A DNA stretch of 64,000 nucleotides from Candidatus Giovannonibacteria bacterium RIFCSPLOWO2_02_FULL_45_28 (GCA_001780725.1 MFIM01000028.1:10368-74367); one strand, 5' to 3'; positions 18,364-26,952 are shown, counted from the stretch's first letter. Notes: generated by a model not told the origin, from the sequence alone. Numbers and translations: made by a program.

Positions 18364-20034
18364 ATGTCCAAGGAAAGAAAGGCGCGTTTTAGGACGCTTT
18401 CGGACATTGAACTGAAATCCGTATACGGGCCGGAGGATTTGCCGTATTTTAACGAGCTTTCGGAAGCGGCTAAAAGAGAAATTTTAGAAGCGCATGAAAA
18501 ACATTTCGGCGCCCCCGGAAAGCCCCCCTTTTTAAGGGGAATCTATGAATTGGGTTACCGCGCGCAGCTTCCTACAATACGACAATTTTGCGGCCGCGGC
18601 ACGGCGGAAGACACAAACGAGCTTCTGCATTATCTTATTAGTTTGGGCGAAACCGGCGTTTCAATTGCTTATGACGCGCCGACTCTTTATGCGCGCGATT
18701 CCGACAACGAAGATTGGTCTTTCGGGTATGTCGGTAAAGACGGGGTGGCTGTGGACACCTTCGCCGATTATAAGGATTTATTTCGCGGTATTCAAAGAGA
18801 AAAATTTGCCGTTTCGCAAACGATAAATTTGCCAGCCATTGTTTTTTTCTGTATGGATCTCCTGCTTGCCAAAGAGCAGAAAATAAACCTCAAAAAACTG
18901 CGTGGCACGATCCAGTCTGATATGCGCAAGGAGGCTATCGGCCAGAAAGCATACAGATTTTCTTTGACGCATGGCATGAGGCTTGAGGGGGATATGATGG
19001 AATTCGCGATTCGCAATCTGGATTTCGGATTTTATCCCGTCAATTCTTCCGGATACCACATGTCAGAGCAGGGCGCGTCTTCGGCGCAAGAGCTGACTTT
19101 TACTTTTGAAAACGCCTTTGTTTTGTTGGAATATTGTTTGAGCCGCGGCATGAACATTGATGACGTTGCCGGGCGGATGTCCTGCTTTTTTAACTGCAAG
19201 GGATTTTGGGAAGAAATTGCCAAATTCCGCGCGGCGCGGAAGATTTGGTACGAAACTATTAAAAGTGAATACGGAGCCAAAAATCCAAGATCACTCGCCC
19301 TTAAATTTCACGTCCAAAACTCCGGCGCGAGCTTCAAGCGGCAAGAGCCGCGTAACAATGTCATACGCGGCTCGCTGCACTACCTGGCGGCTTTTTTGGG
19401 GGGAGCGCAGTCAATCCACCTGAATTCGTGGGATGAGGAGATGGCTTTGCCGAGCGTGGAAGCAGTCAAAGAAGCTATCCGAACACAGCAAATTGTCGGA
19501 GAAGAAATGAACATCGCCGACGTGGTGGATGCGGTTGGCGGAAGTTATTATTTGGAATGGCACACCCGCGAGATAGAGCGGCGCGTAAAAGAATATTTTG
19601 GCATCATAGACAAACTTGGCGGAATGCAACGCGCAATAGAGCTTGGTTATCCGCAGCTTGAAATCAAAAAAACTTCCTTGGCGGAGGCGGAGCGGACGAA
19701 TCAAGGCTCGCCGGAAATTGTTATCGTCGGCGTCAACAAGCATTTTGATCTGGCATCGGCCGAACGCGAAGAAAAAGAAATCTTTGACAAAATGATCCGC
19801 GTCCCGACGCTGGAAACACATCAAAAGCAAAAAGAGCGCTTGGCTAAAGTAAAGAGGGGGCGCGACGAAAGGGTGGTTGAAAAATGCCTTAAGCGCCTTG
19901 CTGACGAAGCGCGCGGAGGTGGCAATTTGGTGGAGCCAGTCACGGAAGCGGTGGGATCTTACGCAACGGTGGAGGAAACTATGATAAAAACCCTGGAACC
20001 TGTTTTCGGCCGCTGGCGCGGTCCGGGAGATTAG
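18364..20034 (+). CDS. Methylmalonyl/isobutyryl-CoA mutase family large catalytic subunit (no B12 domain)
   Basis: A 556 aa mutase TIM-barrel domain (FLRGIYELGYRAQLPTIRQFCGRGT...). It ends before any B12-binding domain. Confidence 0.85.
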   Translation: MSKERKARFRTLSDIELKSVYGPEDLPYFNELSEAAKREILEAHEKHFGAPGKPPFLRGIYELGYRAQLPTIRQFCGRGTAEDTNELLHYLISLGETGVSIAYDAPTLYARDSDNEDWSFGYVGKDGVAVDTFADYKDLFRGIQREKFAVSQTINLPAIVFFCMDLLLAKEQKINLKKLRGTIQSDMRKEAIGQKAYRFSLTHGMRLEGDMMEFAIRNLDFGFYPVNSSGYHMSEQGASSAQELTFTFENAFVLLEYCLSRGMNIDDVAGRMSCFFNCKGFWEEIAKFRAARKIWYETIKSEYGAKNPRSLALKFHVQNSGASFKRQEPRNNVIRGSLHYLAAFLGGAQSIHLNSWDEEMALPSVEAVKEAIRTQQIVGEEMNIADVVDAVGGSYYLEWHTREIERRVKEYFGIIDKLGGMQRAIELGYPQLEIKKTSLAEAERTNQGSPEIVIVGVNKHFDLASAEREEKEIFDKMIRVPTLETHQKQKERLAKVKRGRDERVVEKCLKRLADEARGGGNLVEPVTEAVGSYATVEETMIKTLEPVFGRWRGPGD

Positions 20035-20067
20035 CTTCGTGGCAAACTCTAGACAAGGAGGTAAAAA

Positions 20068-21174
20068 ATGAAGTACCCGAAAATTCTTTTGATAAAGCCG
20101 CCCCTAGACGGGCACGACAGGCCAATTCACGATCTGATAGTTCTTTTAAGAAAATATAATATTGACTCTGTCTGGCCTGGATTGCAGCAGTCTTGGCCGC
20201 AGATTGTAAAGACCGCTGTTGAAGAAGATCCGGACGCGATAGGAATTTCTGTTCACACGGGCGACCCGGTCGCGCTTCTCGGGCATCTTAAAACAAAGTT
20301 TGATGAAGCGGGGCTGGGAGAAAAAATTTTGGTTGCCGGAGGCAGCGGAGAAATAACATTTCCCGACGTGAGAGAAAAGTTAAGCGCAATGGGATTTAAA
20401 GTGTTTCTTTCCGCAACTTCGCACGAAGAAATAGCGAAGTACATTTTGGAAAGGTTTAAAGAAAAAGAAAGAAAGCGGCAAAGCGAGTTTGTGGTGCAGA
20501 GCGCAATTTCGCGAAATATTTTGGCTTCGGCAATCACTCACCAAGAGCGCGGCGCCTTGATTTTACAAATTCCGATTGAAAACAATTCAAAAACCGTAGT
20601 ACTGGGCGGTCCGACTGGCGCCGGAAAAAGCAGTATCTTGAATGCTGTTTTGGAGCGCTTCGGAAGGCACGGAACGAAAATTGCTGTTTTTTTGTGCGAT
20701 CCGCGCGGACCTAAAATAAAAGGCGCTTTTTTGGGTGACCGGATTGTGTTACAGGACCATACTTTAAACGAAAACATTTTCATCCGTAGCGTTTCGCAGT
20801 TCGGAAATTACAGCAAGAAACGTATTGCGTTCCTTAAAAAACTTGCGGACCTAGCAAAACATTGGGGAGCAAAGGTCATTTTTTTTGAAACGATTGGGTT
20901 GGGGCAAGAGGCATCTCTTGCGATAAAAACAATGGCAGATCTTTTTTTGTGGGTTGCTTTGCCGAACGAAACAGACGATGTGCGGCTTATGAAAGGCGGC
21001 GCGCACGAAATGGCTGATGCGATTTTGCTGAATAAAATTGATCAAGAGCCGGCTTTCCGCGCAGAACTCGCGCTTAAAGAACGCTTTCAAAAACCGTATT
21101 TTCCGGTATCGGCAACAACTGGCGTCGGCATAGATGACTTTTGTAAATTCTTGGAAGAAAAAATGAAAGCCTAG
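20068..21174 (+). CDS. Fusion protein: cobalamin-binding domain plus MeaB/ArgK-like GTPase
   Basis: The N-terminus has DGHDRPI, AVEEDPDAIGIS and VAGG (B12-binding). The C-terminus has P-loop GGPTGAGKSS, FLGDR, ETIGLGQ and NKID (MeaB). Confidence 0.8.
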   Translation: MKYPKILLIKPPLDGHDRPIHDLIVLLRKYNIDSVWPGLQQSWPQIVKTAVEEDPDAIGISVHTGDPVALLGHLKTKFDEAGLGEKILVAGGSGEITFPDVREKLSAMGFKVFLSATSHEEIAKYILERFKEKERKRQSEFVVQSAISRNILASAITHQERGALILQIPIENNSKTVVLGGPTGAGKSSILNAVLERFGRHGTKIAVFLCDPRGPKIKGAFLGDRIVLQDHTLNENIFIRSVSQFGNYSKKRIAFLKKLADLAKHWGAKVIFFETIGLGQEASLAIKTMADLFLWVALPNETDDVRLMKGGAHEMADAILLNKIDQEPAFRAELALKERFQKPYFPVSATTGVGIDDFCKFLEEKMKA

Positions 21175-21220
21175 GCTTTCATCCCGCAGTATGCGGGATC
21201 ATTGCCAAAGCAATGAAAAA

Positions 21221-21247
21221 GTCGCCTTGATGGGCGGCTTTTTTGTT
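21221..21247. terminator. Bidirectional terminator between the mutase operon and the pilin gene
   Basis: AAAAAGTCGCC - ttgat - GGGCGGCTTTTTT. It is preceded by two further hairpins at 21165-21199. Confidence 0.5.
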
Positions 21248-21266
21248 GCACTAATCCAATTTAATT

Positions 21267-21668
21267 TTACTTGGTAGGCAAAACTTCCACAATTTCGTAA
21301 CCGCTTTCTCCTAGAAAGAAAGACATTATTAACCACTGTCTGTATTTGAGGCGAACCCTTGTTCCTTTTTGTGCTGCATTTTCAAGCTTTTGCAACACAT
21401 CTGTCCGGTCTTTTGAGACGCTGAAGTTAAATGGCTCTTGCAGAGCGCTTTGCGACCCCTGTCCGGGCTGCAATTGGCCTTCGTGCGTTTTAAAAGTTAA
21501 GCCTTTATAAGACAGCTTTGTAACATAACCAACCCGTTCTCCGTTGGAATAATTTGGCATCAAGCCAATTGGCGATGCTAATCGCACAATTACGGAAACG
21601 AACACAGCAATAATCACCACCACAACAATCAGCTCAATTAACGTAAAACCATTGTTTTTTGGCTTCAT
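21267..21668 (-). CDS. Type IV pilin-like protein (prepilin N-terminal methylation motif)
   Basis: GFTLIELIVVVVIIA at the N-terminus. Confidence 0.7.
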   Translation of the reverse strand: MKPKNNGFTLIELIVVVVIIAVFVSVIVRLASPIGLMPNYSNGERVGYVTKLSYKGLTFKTHEGQLQPGQGSQSALQEPFNFSVSKDRTDVLQKLENAAQKGTRVRLKYRQWLIMSFFLGESGYEIVEVLPTK

Positions 21669-21783
21669 TCTTTGTTTCTCCTTCTGCCAAGAAAGATAAC
21701 ATAGTAGTCAATACTTTGTCAATAGTGCGTTGTAAATTACAAATGCTATATTGTTTGCAGAAATTAAGGAGGACGAATTGACG

Positions 21784-23316
21784 ATGAGACTTTTGGAAGA
21801 GCATTTTCAGATAAGAGATTTGGTAAGAATGAGAATGGCTGATTTAGATCCTGCTGGAAAAAAAATTCAGGACGAGACAAAGAATATTTCCGAAATGATC
21901 AAAAAATACGAGCGGCATAACGCGCCGTTTGCGTGGCCGTTTGTCAGAGAAATGGCGGGGCTCGGGCTTTGCGGCATAAATATTCCCGACGAATACGGCG
22001 GCGCCGGAATGGACAATCTTTCCGGAGCAATCGCGATGGTTGAAATGTGCAGAGTTTGGCCCGGCGGAGCATTGATTTTGGGAGTCGGCAATTCATTGGT
22101 TGGCGATCCCCTATTCAGGCTCGGGAATGAAGCGCAAAAAAAGAAATGGCTACCGAAACTGGCCGTTGGAAAAATTTTGGGATCGTTTGGTCTTACCGAA
22201 CCAAATCATGGATCAGACGCCGCGCATATTGAAACTTACGCCGAGCTGGTTAGCGGAGGGTTTTTAATATCCGGAGAGAAATGTTTTATCACAAACGCTC
22301 CTGTCGCGAAATTTCTGATTGTTTTTGCGAGAACCGATCGCTCTATCAAAGACCACCGCGGCGTTTCCGCGTTTTTGATTCCGGTAATGCGCGTGGACAA
22401 GAAAAGCGGAGCGCTTAAAATCGGAAAACCAGAACAGAAATTGGGGCTTCACGCTGCTCATATGGGTTCGGTCGTGTTTACCAACTTGTTTGTGCCGGAA
22501 AGCTGCCTTTTGGGCCAACTCGGGAATGGTTTTGGCAAAGGGGCTATGGCAACTCTTAACCATGGCCGTAACTGGATTGCCGCGCAAGGAACTGGAATTT
22601 TGGACGCTGTTGCACAGCTTTCTTTAAAACACGCGCAGAACCGCACGGCCTTCGGCGGGCCGATCATTGTTCGTTCCGGAGTCGGCGACCCAATTGTCAA
22701 AATGGCCATGGCAGCAGACATTTCCAGAATTTTGCTTTTTTATTCCGCTTGGCTGGAAGACCAAGGCGCCGAATTTTCTCATTACGCTTCGCTTGCAAAG
22801 CTGTTTTCATCGGAAAAGGCGTGGGGGATGGCGCACGAAGCCCAGCGAATTTTCGGCGGATCAGGATATCTTGCGGAGATGGAAGTTGCAAGATTCGTTC
22901 TTGATTCTTTGCCGTTGGATATTTACGAAGGCGCGTCAAATGTCCAGAGAAGCAATATCGTGCGTGCTTGGGTGGATGGAAAAATTTCTTTTAACACCCC
23001 GCCGTTTTATAAGCAGGAAATTGACAACCAGAAAGAGCGTGTTGTAAAACAGTTGGGAGAAAAAAGCGCGTTGTTGCTGGAAGACCAGCGTTTGCCCTTT
23101 GAAACTGCGGATATTCTGCCGTGGTTGGTTGCCAAAGACTTGATTCAGACAGAATTTAGCGAAAGCTGGCCGAAAGAATTTATGTGGTTCAAAAACCCGT
23201 CTTTGCTCGTAGCACTTATTCACGAACAAATCAAAAAGGATTTGCATGGCGCCGTTGAGCGAAATGGCAGTCTTTGGACTGAAGCGAAAGAACACGTTAA
23301 AACGGCCGCCTTTTGA
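21784..23316 (+). CDS. Acyl-CoA dehydrogenase with a ~130 aa C-terminal extension
   Basis: ACAD fold motifs (GSFGLTEPNHGSDA, QIFGGSGY). SD AAGGAGG lies before ATG 21784; the ORF caller started it at 21751. Confidence 0.8.
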   Translation: MRLLEEHFQIRDLVRMRMADLDPAGKKIQDETKNISEMIKKYERHNAPFAWPFVREMAGLGLCGINIPDEYGGAGMDNLSGAIAMVEMCRVWPGGALILGVGNSLVGDPLFRLGNEAQKKKWLPKLAVGKILGSFGLTEPNHGSDAAHIETYAELVSGGFLISGEKCFITNAPVAKFLIVFARTDRSIKDHRGVSAFLIPVMRVDKKSGALKIGKPEQKLGLHAAHMGSVVFTNLFVPESCLLGQLGNGFGKGAMATLNHGRNWIAAQGTGILDAVAQLSLKHAQNRTAFGGPIIVRSGVGDPIVKMAMAADISRILLFYSAWLEDQGAEFSHYASLAKLFSSEKAWGMAHEAQRIFGGSGYLAEMEVARFVLDSLPLDIYEGASNVQRSNIVRAWVDGKISFNTPPFYKQEIDNQKERVVKQLGEKSALLLEDQRLPFETADILPWLVAKDLIQTEFSESWPKEFMWFKNPSLLVALIHEQIKKDLHGAVERNGSLWTEAKEHVKTAAF

Positions 23317-23331
23317 CAAGGCGGCTATTTT

Positions 23332-23598
23332 TTATTTACGATAAATATCTTTTCTGTGCCGGACTTCCAGCAATAAAATTATTTCGTTATCAATGATTCT
23401 GAAGATACACCTATAATCGCGGCCGATCCTAAAAGCCAAAAAGCCCTCCAATGAGCCAGTGAGATATTTAGTATGAAGCAGTGGATGATAAAAGTTTTCT
23501 TCCAATAATTTTAAGAGCTTGGCCAAATGTTCAAGCTCTCTATTTTCGAGTTTGTTGGCAGATTTTTGAAAGGCGGAGCCGTAAATAAGCGCTGGCAC
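23332..23598 (-). CDS. RelE/ParE-family type II toxin
   Basis: YHPLLHTKYLTGSLEGFLAFRIGRDYRCIFRIIDNEIILLLEVRHRKDIY. Confidence 0.7.
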   Translation of the reverse strand: MPALIYGSAFQKSANKLENRELEHLAKLLKLLEENFYHPLLHTKYLTGSLEGFLAFRIGRDYRCIFRIIDNEIILLLEVRHRKDIYRK

Positions 23599-23601
23599 AA
23601 T

Positions 23602-23826
23602 TTACTTTATTGATCGGACGTGCTTAATAAAATTTTCTGGCGCTGTAAATCTATATAGTTTTTTGGGCCTTTCTGCGGCCAGCCTTAAAATTCTGCGTAC
23701 AAAAGACGGTTTATACTCTCCTTCGGGATCGCGGAGCACTAAAAGAACCGCGCTTTTTAAAAACTCTGTTTCTTTGCGCAATTCTTTTACCTCGTGATAA
23801 ATTTTTTCCGCGGTTTGGATAGTCAT
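23602..23826 (-). CDS. Putative antitoxin
   Basis: A 74 aa ORF 3 nt upstream of the toxin on the same strand. Confidence 0.45.
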   Translation of the reverse strand: MTIQTAEKIYHEVKELRKETEFLKSAVLLVLRDPEGEYKPSFVRRILRLAAERPKKLYRFTAPENFIKHVRSIK

Positions 23827-23858
23827 ATGCCTTTTATACTATCTTACTCGCCCCAAAC

Positions 23859-23935
23859 TGTCACTATTGACAAGATTAGCGGTTGGGTGTATACTTGAAA
23901 CAGAAAATTTGATAGAAAAGGGGGAGGATAATATG
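23859..23935. promoter_or_regulatory. Conserved TA-associated intergenic element, copy B, with a consensus plus-strand promoter
   Basis: The same 16-mer TGTCACTATTGACAAG opens the element. TTGACA (23867-72), a 17 nt spacer and TATACT (23890-95) form the promoter. CTTGAAACAGAAAA and AAGGGGGAGG are followed by ATG. Confidence 0.5.
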
Positions 23936-23980
23936 ACAAACACGCGCTATGGTATGGCTTGTTTGATCGGCACGTTATAA
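23933..23980 (+). CDS. Tiny ORF (15 aa, MTNTRYGMACLIGTL) behind a strong SD; speculative
   Basis: GGGGGAGG, then 6 nt, then ATG. It sits downstream of a near-consensus promoter. Confidence 0.2.
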   Translation: MTNTRYGMACLIGTL

Positions 23981-24162
23981 ATAATGCTCTCAGTTATTTT
24001 TAAGGGGGTGTTAATTTGTAGATTTTTTCTAAATATTTAGTTCGTTAAGAATCATATATTCTTTGCTCTTTGAATTTCTTATTGTTATAAATATATTTCA
24101 TATTATTCCCCCCTTAAGGTAAGGGGGTTAGGGGGGTTATGAAATGTAAGAGGGGGGCGTTA

Positions 24163-24669
24163 TTACTTTTTAATAATGTATTTCCCCGGCTCTTCGCCCA
24201 AATCCACGAATTCGTCCACGGCTTCTTTGAGTTTGCCGGAAGAAGATCTGCCGAAAGCAATGACTTCCACGCGCCTGCCCTGATTTTTCAGATATTCAAC
24301 AAGAGGAATAAAATCACCGTCGCCGGAAGCGATGACTATCGTGTCTACAATCTCTGCTGTGCGGATAGCATCAACCGCGAGCCCCACATCCCAGTCCGCT
24401 TTTTTTGCTCCGCCAAAAAACTCCTGCAGCTCTTTTTCCCTGGTTTCAATTCCGAGCTTGATTAGCGCTTCAAAAAACGGCTTTTCCTCGCCGGTTTTGG
24501 TGCTGATTACGTATCCGAAAGCGCGGATAAGCTGCCTCCCGCCTACCGCCGTCGCCAAAAGATTTTTAAAATTTACTCTCCCCCCAAAAAGGCTCCGCGC
24601 GGAGTGGTAAAGATTCTGCGCGTCAATGAATACGGCTACGCGCTGATTTTTATGTTTGATATCTGGCAT
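24163..24669 (-). CDS. NYN-domain (LabA-like) protein
   Basis: VAVFIDAQNLY ... IVIASGDGDF are NYN/PIN-like acidic motifs. Confidence 0.7.
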   Translation of the reverse strand: MPDIKHKNQRVAVFIDAQNLYHSARSLFGGRVNFKNLLATAVGGRQLIRAFGYVISTKTGEEKPFFEALIKLGIETREKELQEFFGGAKKADWDVGLAVDAIRTAEIVDTIVIASGDGDFIPLVEYLKNQGRRVEVIAFGRSSSGKLKEAVDEFVDLGEEPGKYIIKK

Positions 24670-24670
24670 T

Positions 24671-24937
24671 TTATTTTCTAAGTCCTAGTTTTTTAATCAA
24701 TTTTTCGTAACTCGCTTTATTTTTTTTCTGAAGATACTCCAAAAATTTTTTTCTTTTGGAAACCATCATCAAAAGCCCCTTTCTGGAGTGGTTGTCTTTT
24801 GGGTGTTTTTTGAGGTGGCCGGTTAGCTCATCAATTCTTTTGGTCAGCAAAGCCACCTGCACCTCCGCGGAGCCGGTGTCTTTGTCGTGGACCCTGTGCG
24901 CCTCCACTATTTTCTTTTTGTCTTTGGTTTTAAGCAT
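24671..24937 (-). CDS. rpsO: 30S ribosomal protein S15
   Basis: [29 protein letters not shown] is the S15 signature. Confidence 0.9.
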   Translation of the reverse strand: MLKTKDKKKIVEAHRVHDKDTGSAEVQVALLTKRIDELTGHLKKHPKDNHSRKGLLMMVSKRKKFLEYLQKKNKASYEKLIKKLGLRK

Positions 24938-25002
24938 ACACTACTAATTACCAATTTATACTAATATACGGATAATATCACAAGATGTGATAATATCAAA
25001 AT

Positions 25003-25860
25003 GTGGAAAATGTCGCAAAATTAAAAAAAGAGTTTCTGGAGTATCTAGAGATAGAAAAGGGAAGATCGGTTAAAACCGTTGAAAATTATGACCATTATCT
25101 AAAGAGGTTTTTTGAGTTCGCGAAAATCGGTTCTCCCGAAAGTATTACCGAAGATTTGGTGCGCAAATACAGGCTTTATCTGAACCGCGCCGATTTGGAT
25201 AAGCCCACCCAGAATTACCATGTTATTGCGCTCCGGATGTTTCTTAAGTATCTGTCTAAAAGAAATATTGAGTCGCTGGACGCCGAAAAAATTGAGCTCG
25301 CCAAATTGCCCCAGAGAGAGCTGGACTTGTTAAGTTCGGAGGATTTGGAAAGATTGCTTGCATCTCCGACTGGCAACTCGCCAAAAGCTTTGCGCGACAA
25401 GGCAATTCTTGAGATGTTTTTTTCAACCGGACTTCGGATTTCGGAGCTTTGCGGATTAGCTGTTGACGACATCAATCTCAAGCGCGGTGAGTTTTCGGTG
25501 CGCGGGAAGGGCGGGAAAATCAGGGTGGTTTTTTTGTCGGATCGCGCTAAGAGCGCATTGGCTAATTATTCAGAAAAGGGGGGCGTGGTTGATGATGAGC
25601 GATTATTCAGCATGACTCCGCGTTCAATTCAAAGAATGATAAAAAAATACGCCGTTGCGGCCGGTATCACCAAAAAGGTCACACCGCACGTTCTGCGCCA
25701 CGCATTTGCCACCGATTTACTCCAAAATGGCGCGGATTTGCGCTCCGTCCAAGCCATGCTCGGCCACGCCAACATTTCCACTACGCAAATCTACACACAT
25801 TTTACGGATAGACAGTTAAAAGAAGTGCACAGGGCGTTTCATGGGAGGAGGAGAAAATAA
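25003..25860 (+). CDS. xerC: Tyrosine recombinase XerC/XerD family
   Basis: RHAFATDLL, LGHANISTTQIYTH and an RxxR/HxxR/Y catalytic set. GTG start. Confidence 0.85.
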   Translation: MENVAKLKKEFLEYLEIEKGRSVKTVENYDHYLKRFFEFAKIGSPESITEDLVRKYRLYLNRADLDKPTQNYHVIALRMFLKYLSKRNIESLDAEKIELAKLPQRELDLLSSEDLERLLASPTGNSPKALRDKAILEMFFSTGLRISELCGLAVDDINLKRGEFSVRGKGGKIRVVFLSDRAKSALANYSEKGGVVDDERLFSMTPRSIQRMIKKYAVAAGITKKVTPHVLRHAFATDLLQNGADLRSVQAMLGHANISTTQIYTHFTDRQLKEVHRAFHGRRRK

Positions 25861-25955
25861 AAAGAAAACCCCGTTCGCGACATTGTTGTCGGAACAGGGC
25901 GACCCGATGGGCCTTTGCAGATTTTTGAGGCCGTCTCGGCGGGAGATTTGGCGGG

Positions 25956-26519
25956 TTAGGCGGCTTTCTTGCGTATCGCAACTTGCTTCCTAAGATAAGC
26001 TATTTCGGCGGTTTTTTCTTCTTTGACCTCTTTAGCTGTTTTCTGCGGCTTAGTGAGATCCGGCAAATTGGTCGCCGCAATCACTTTTAGAAAAATCTCG
26101 AAAGCTCCGTGATCGGCGTTGGCCAACTTGCTAAGCCGCGGAAATCTTTTAGACCACCGCCAATGATCATTTTCGTCCGGCGGGTTAAGATCTATCCGCA
26201 GGTCAAATGAGTCCACCAGAAACGCCTTGCAAACTATCTCGGAAGTTTTGGTTCTGGGCAATTTCAGAAACATCACCATTCTTAGCGTTGCCGTGTCGAT
26301 GAACTCTCGCGCCTCCTTCTCGCTTTCCAACGAGTAGGCTTTGGCGAGGAGAGTGTCGAACACCGACTGCTCATCCGGATCTGTGTGCACACGGCCGCGG
26401 CGATCAACATGGCTGTATGCGCCGTGCCGCACGGAGCTTTTCAGATCCGGATTAGTCAGCGGTCCCTCATCCTCTCTGCTCTCATATCCTTCTTCCTGAA
26501 AATCAATCTCTGGAATCAT
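25956..26519 (-). CDS. Hypothetical protein
   Basis: 187 aa. No recognisable motifs. It forms an operon with the acidic 74 aa ORF upstream. Confidence 0.4.
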   Translation of the reverse strand: MIPEIDFQEEGYESREDEGPLTNPDLKSSVRHGAYSHVDRRGRVHTDPDEQSVFDTLLAKAYSLESEKEAREFIDTATLRMVMFLKLPRTKTSEIVCKAFLVDSFDLRIDLNPPDENDHWRWSKRFPRLSKLANADHGAFEIFLKVIAATNLPDLTKPQKTAKEVKEEKTAEIAYLRKQVAIRKKAA

Positions 26520-26549
26520 TGTATTCTCCTTCTCCCGCCGAAGCGGGAA

Positions 26550-26774
26550 TTAGTGGGTTGCACTGGAGATGATGGGTATATCATCGAGGTCGTCAATTAT
26601 TTCTAGCAGGTCAATATTTATCGGTGCAATGAATTTTCCGAAACGAACCATTGCGTCTCCGGTCTCGTCTGCCCCGACGATCTCCCCTTCGGTGTCGGCC
26701 GCAATTTGCAAAAAACGCACATTCTGTGAGCCCGAAAGCTCGCAGGTTAACATCACCTTCGTTCGTGCTAACAT
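26550..26774 (-). CDS. Hypothetical small acidic protein
   Basis: 74 aa with a very acidic C-terminal half. SD AAAGGAG is present. Confidence 0.4.
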   Translation of the reverse strand: MLARTKVMLTCELSGSQNVRFLQIAADTEGEIVGADETGDAMVRFGKFIAPINIDLLEIIDDLDDIPIISSATH

Positions 26775-26952
26775 AGCTTTCTCCTTTTTATTTCAAATTT
26801 TTACTGCCCCCTCAAGGGCCGCGAGCGGCCGATTTGTGAGTGCTATGTCTTTATTATTTATAAAATGACATTTGATGCACCTCGGCACTCGCAGTCCTTG
26901 AAGAGGCAGTATTTAGCTTATTCTGCCTCAATTATACTCCTTTTTTAGACAC

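Noticed and set aside
24139-24465. Plus-strand 108 aa ORF, together with the many other antisense ORFs in the six-frame track.
   Set aside because: It is fully antisense to the well-supported NYN-domain gene. The same applies to most short ORFs nested in or antisense to the large conserved genes listed as features. These are treated as spurious.
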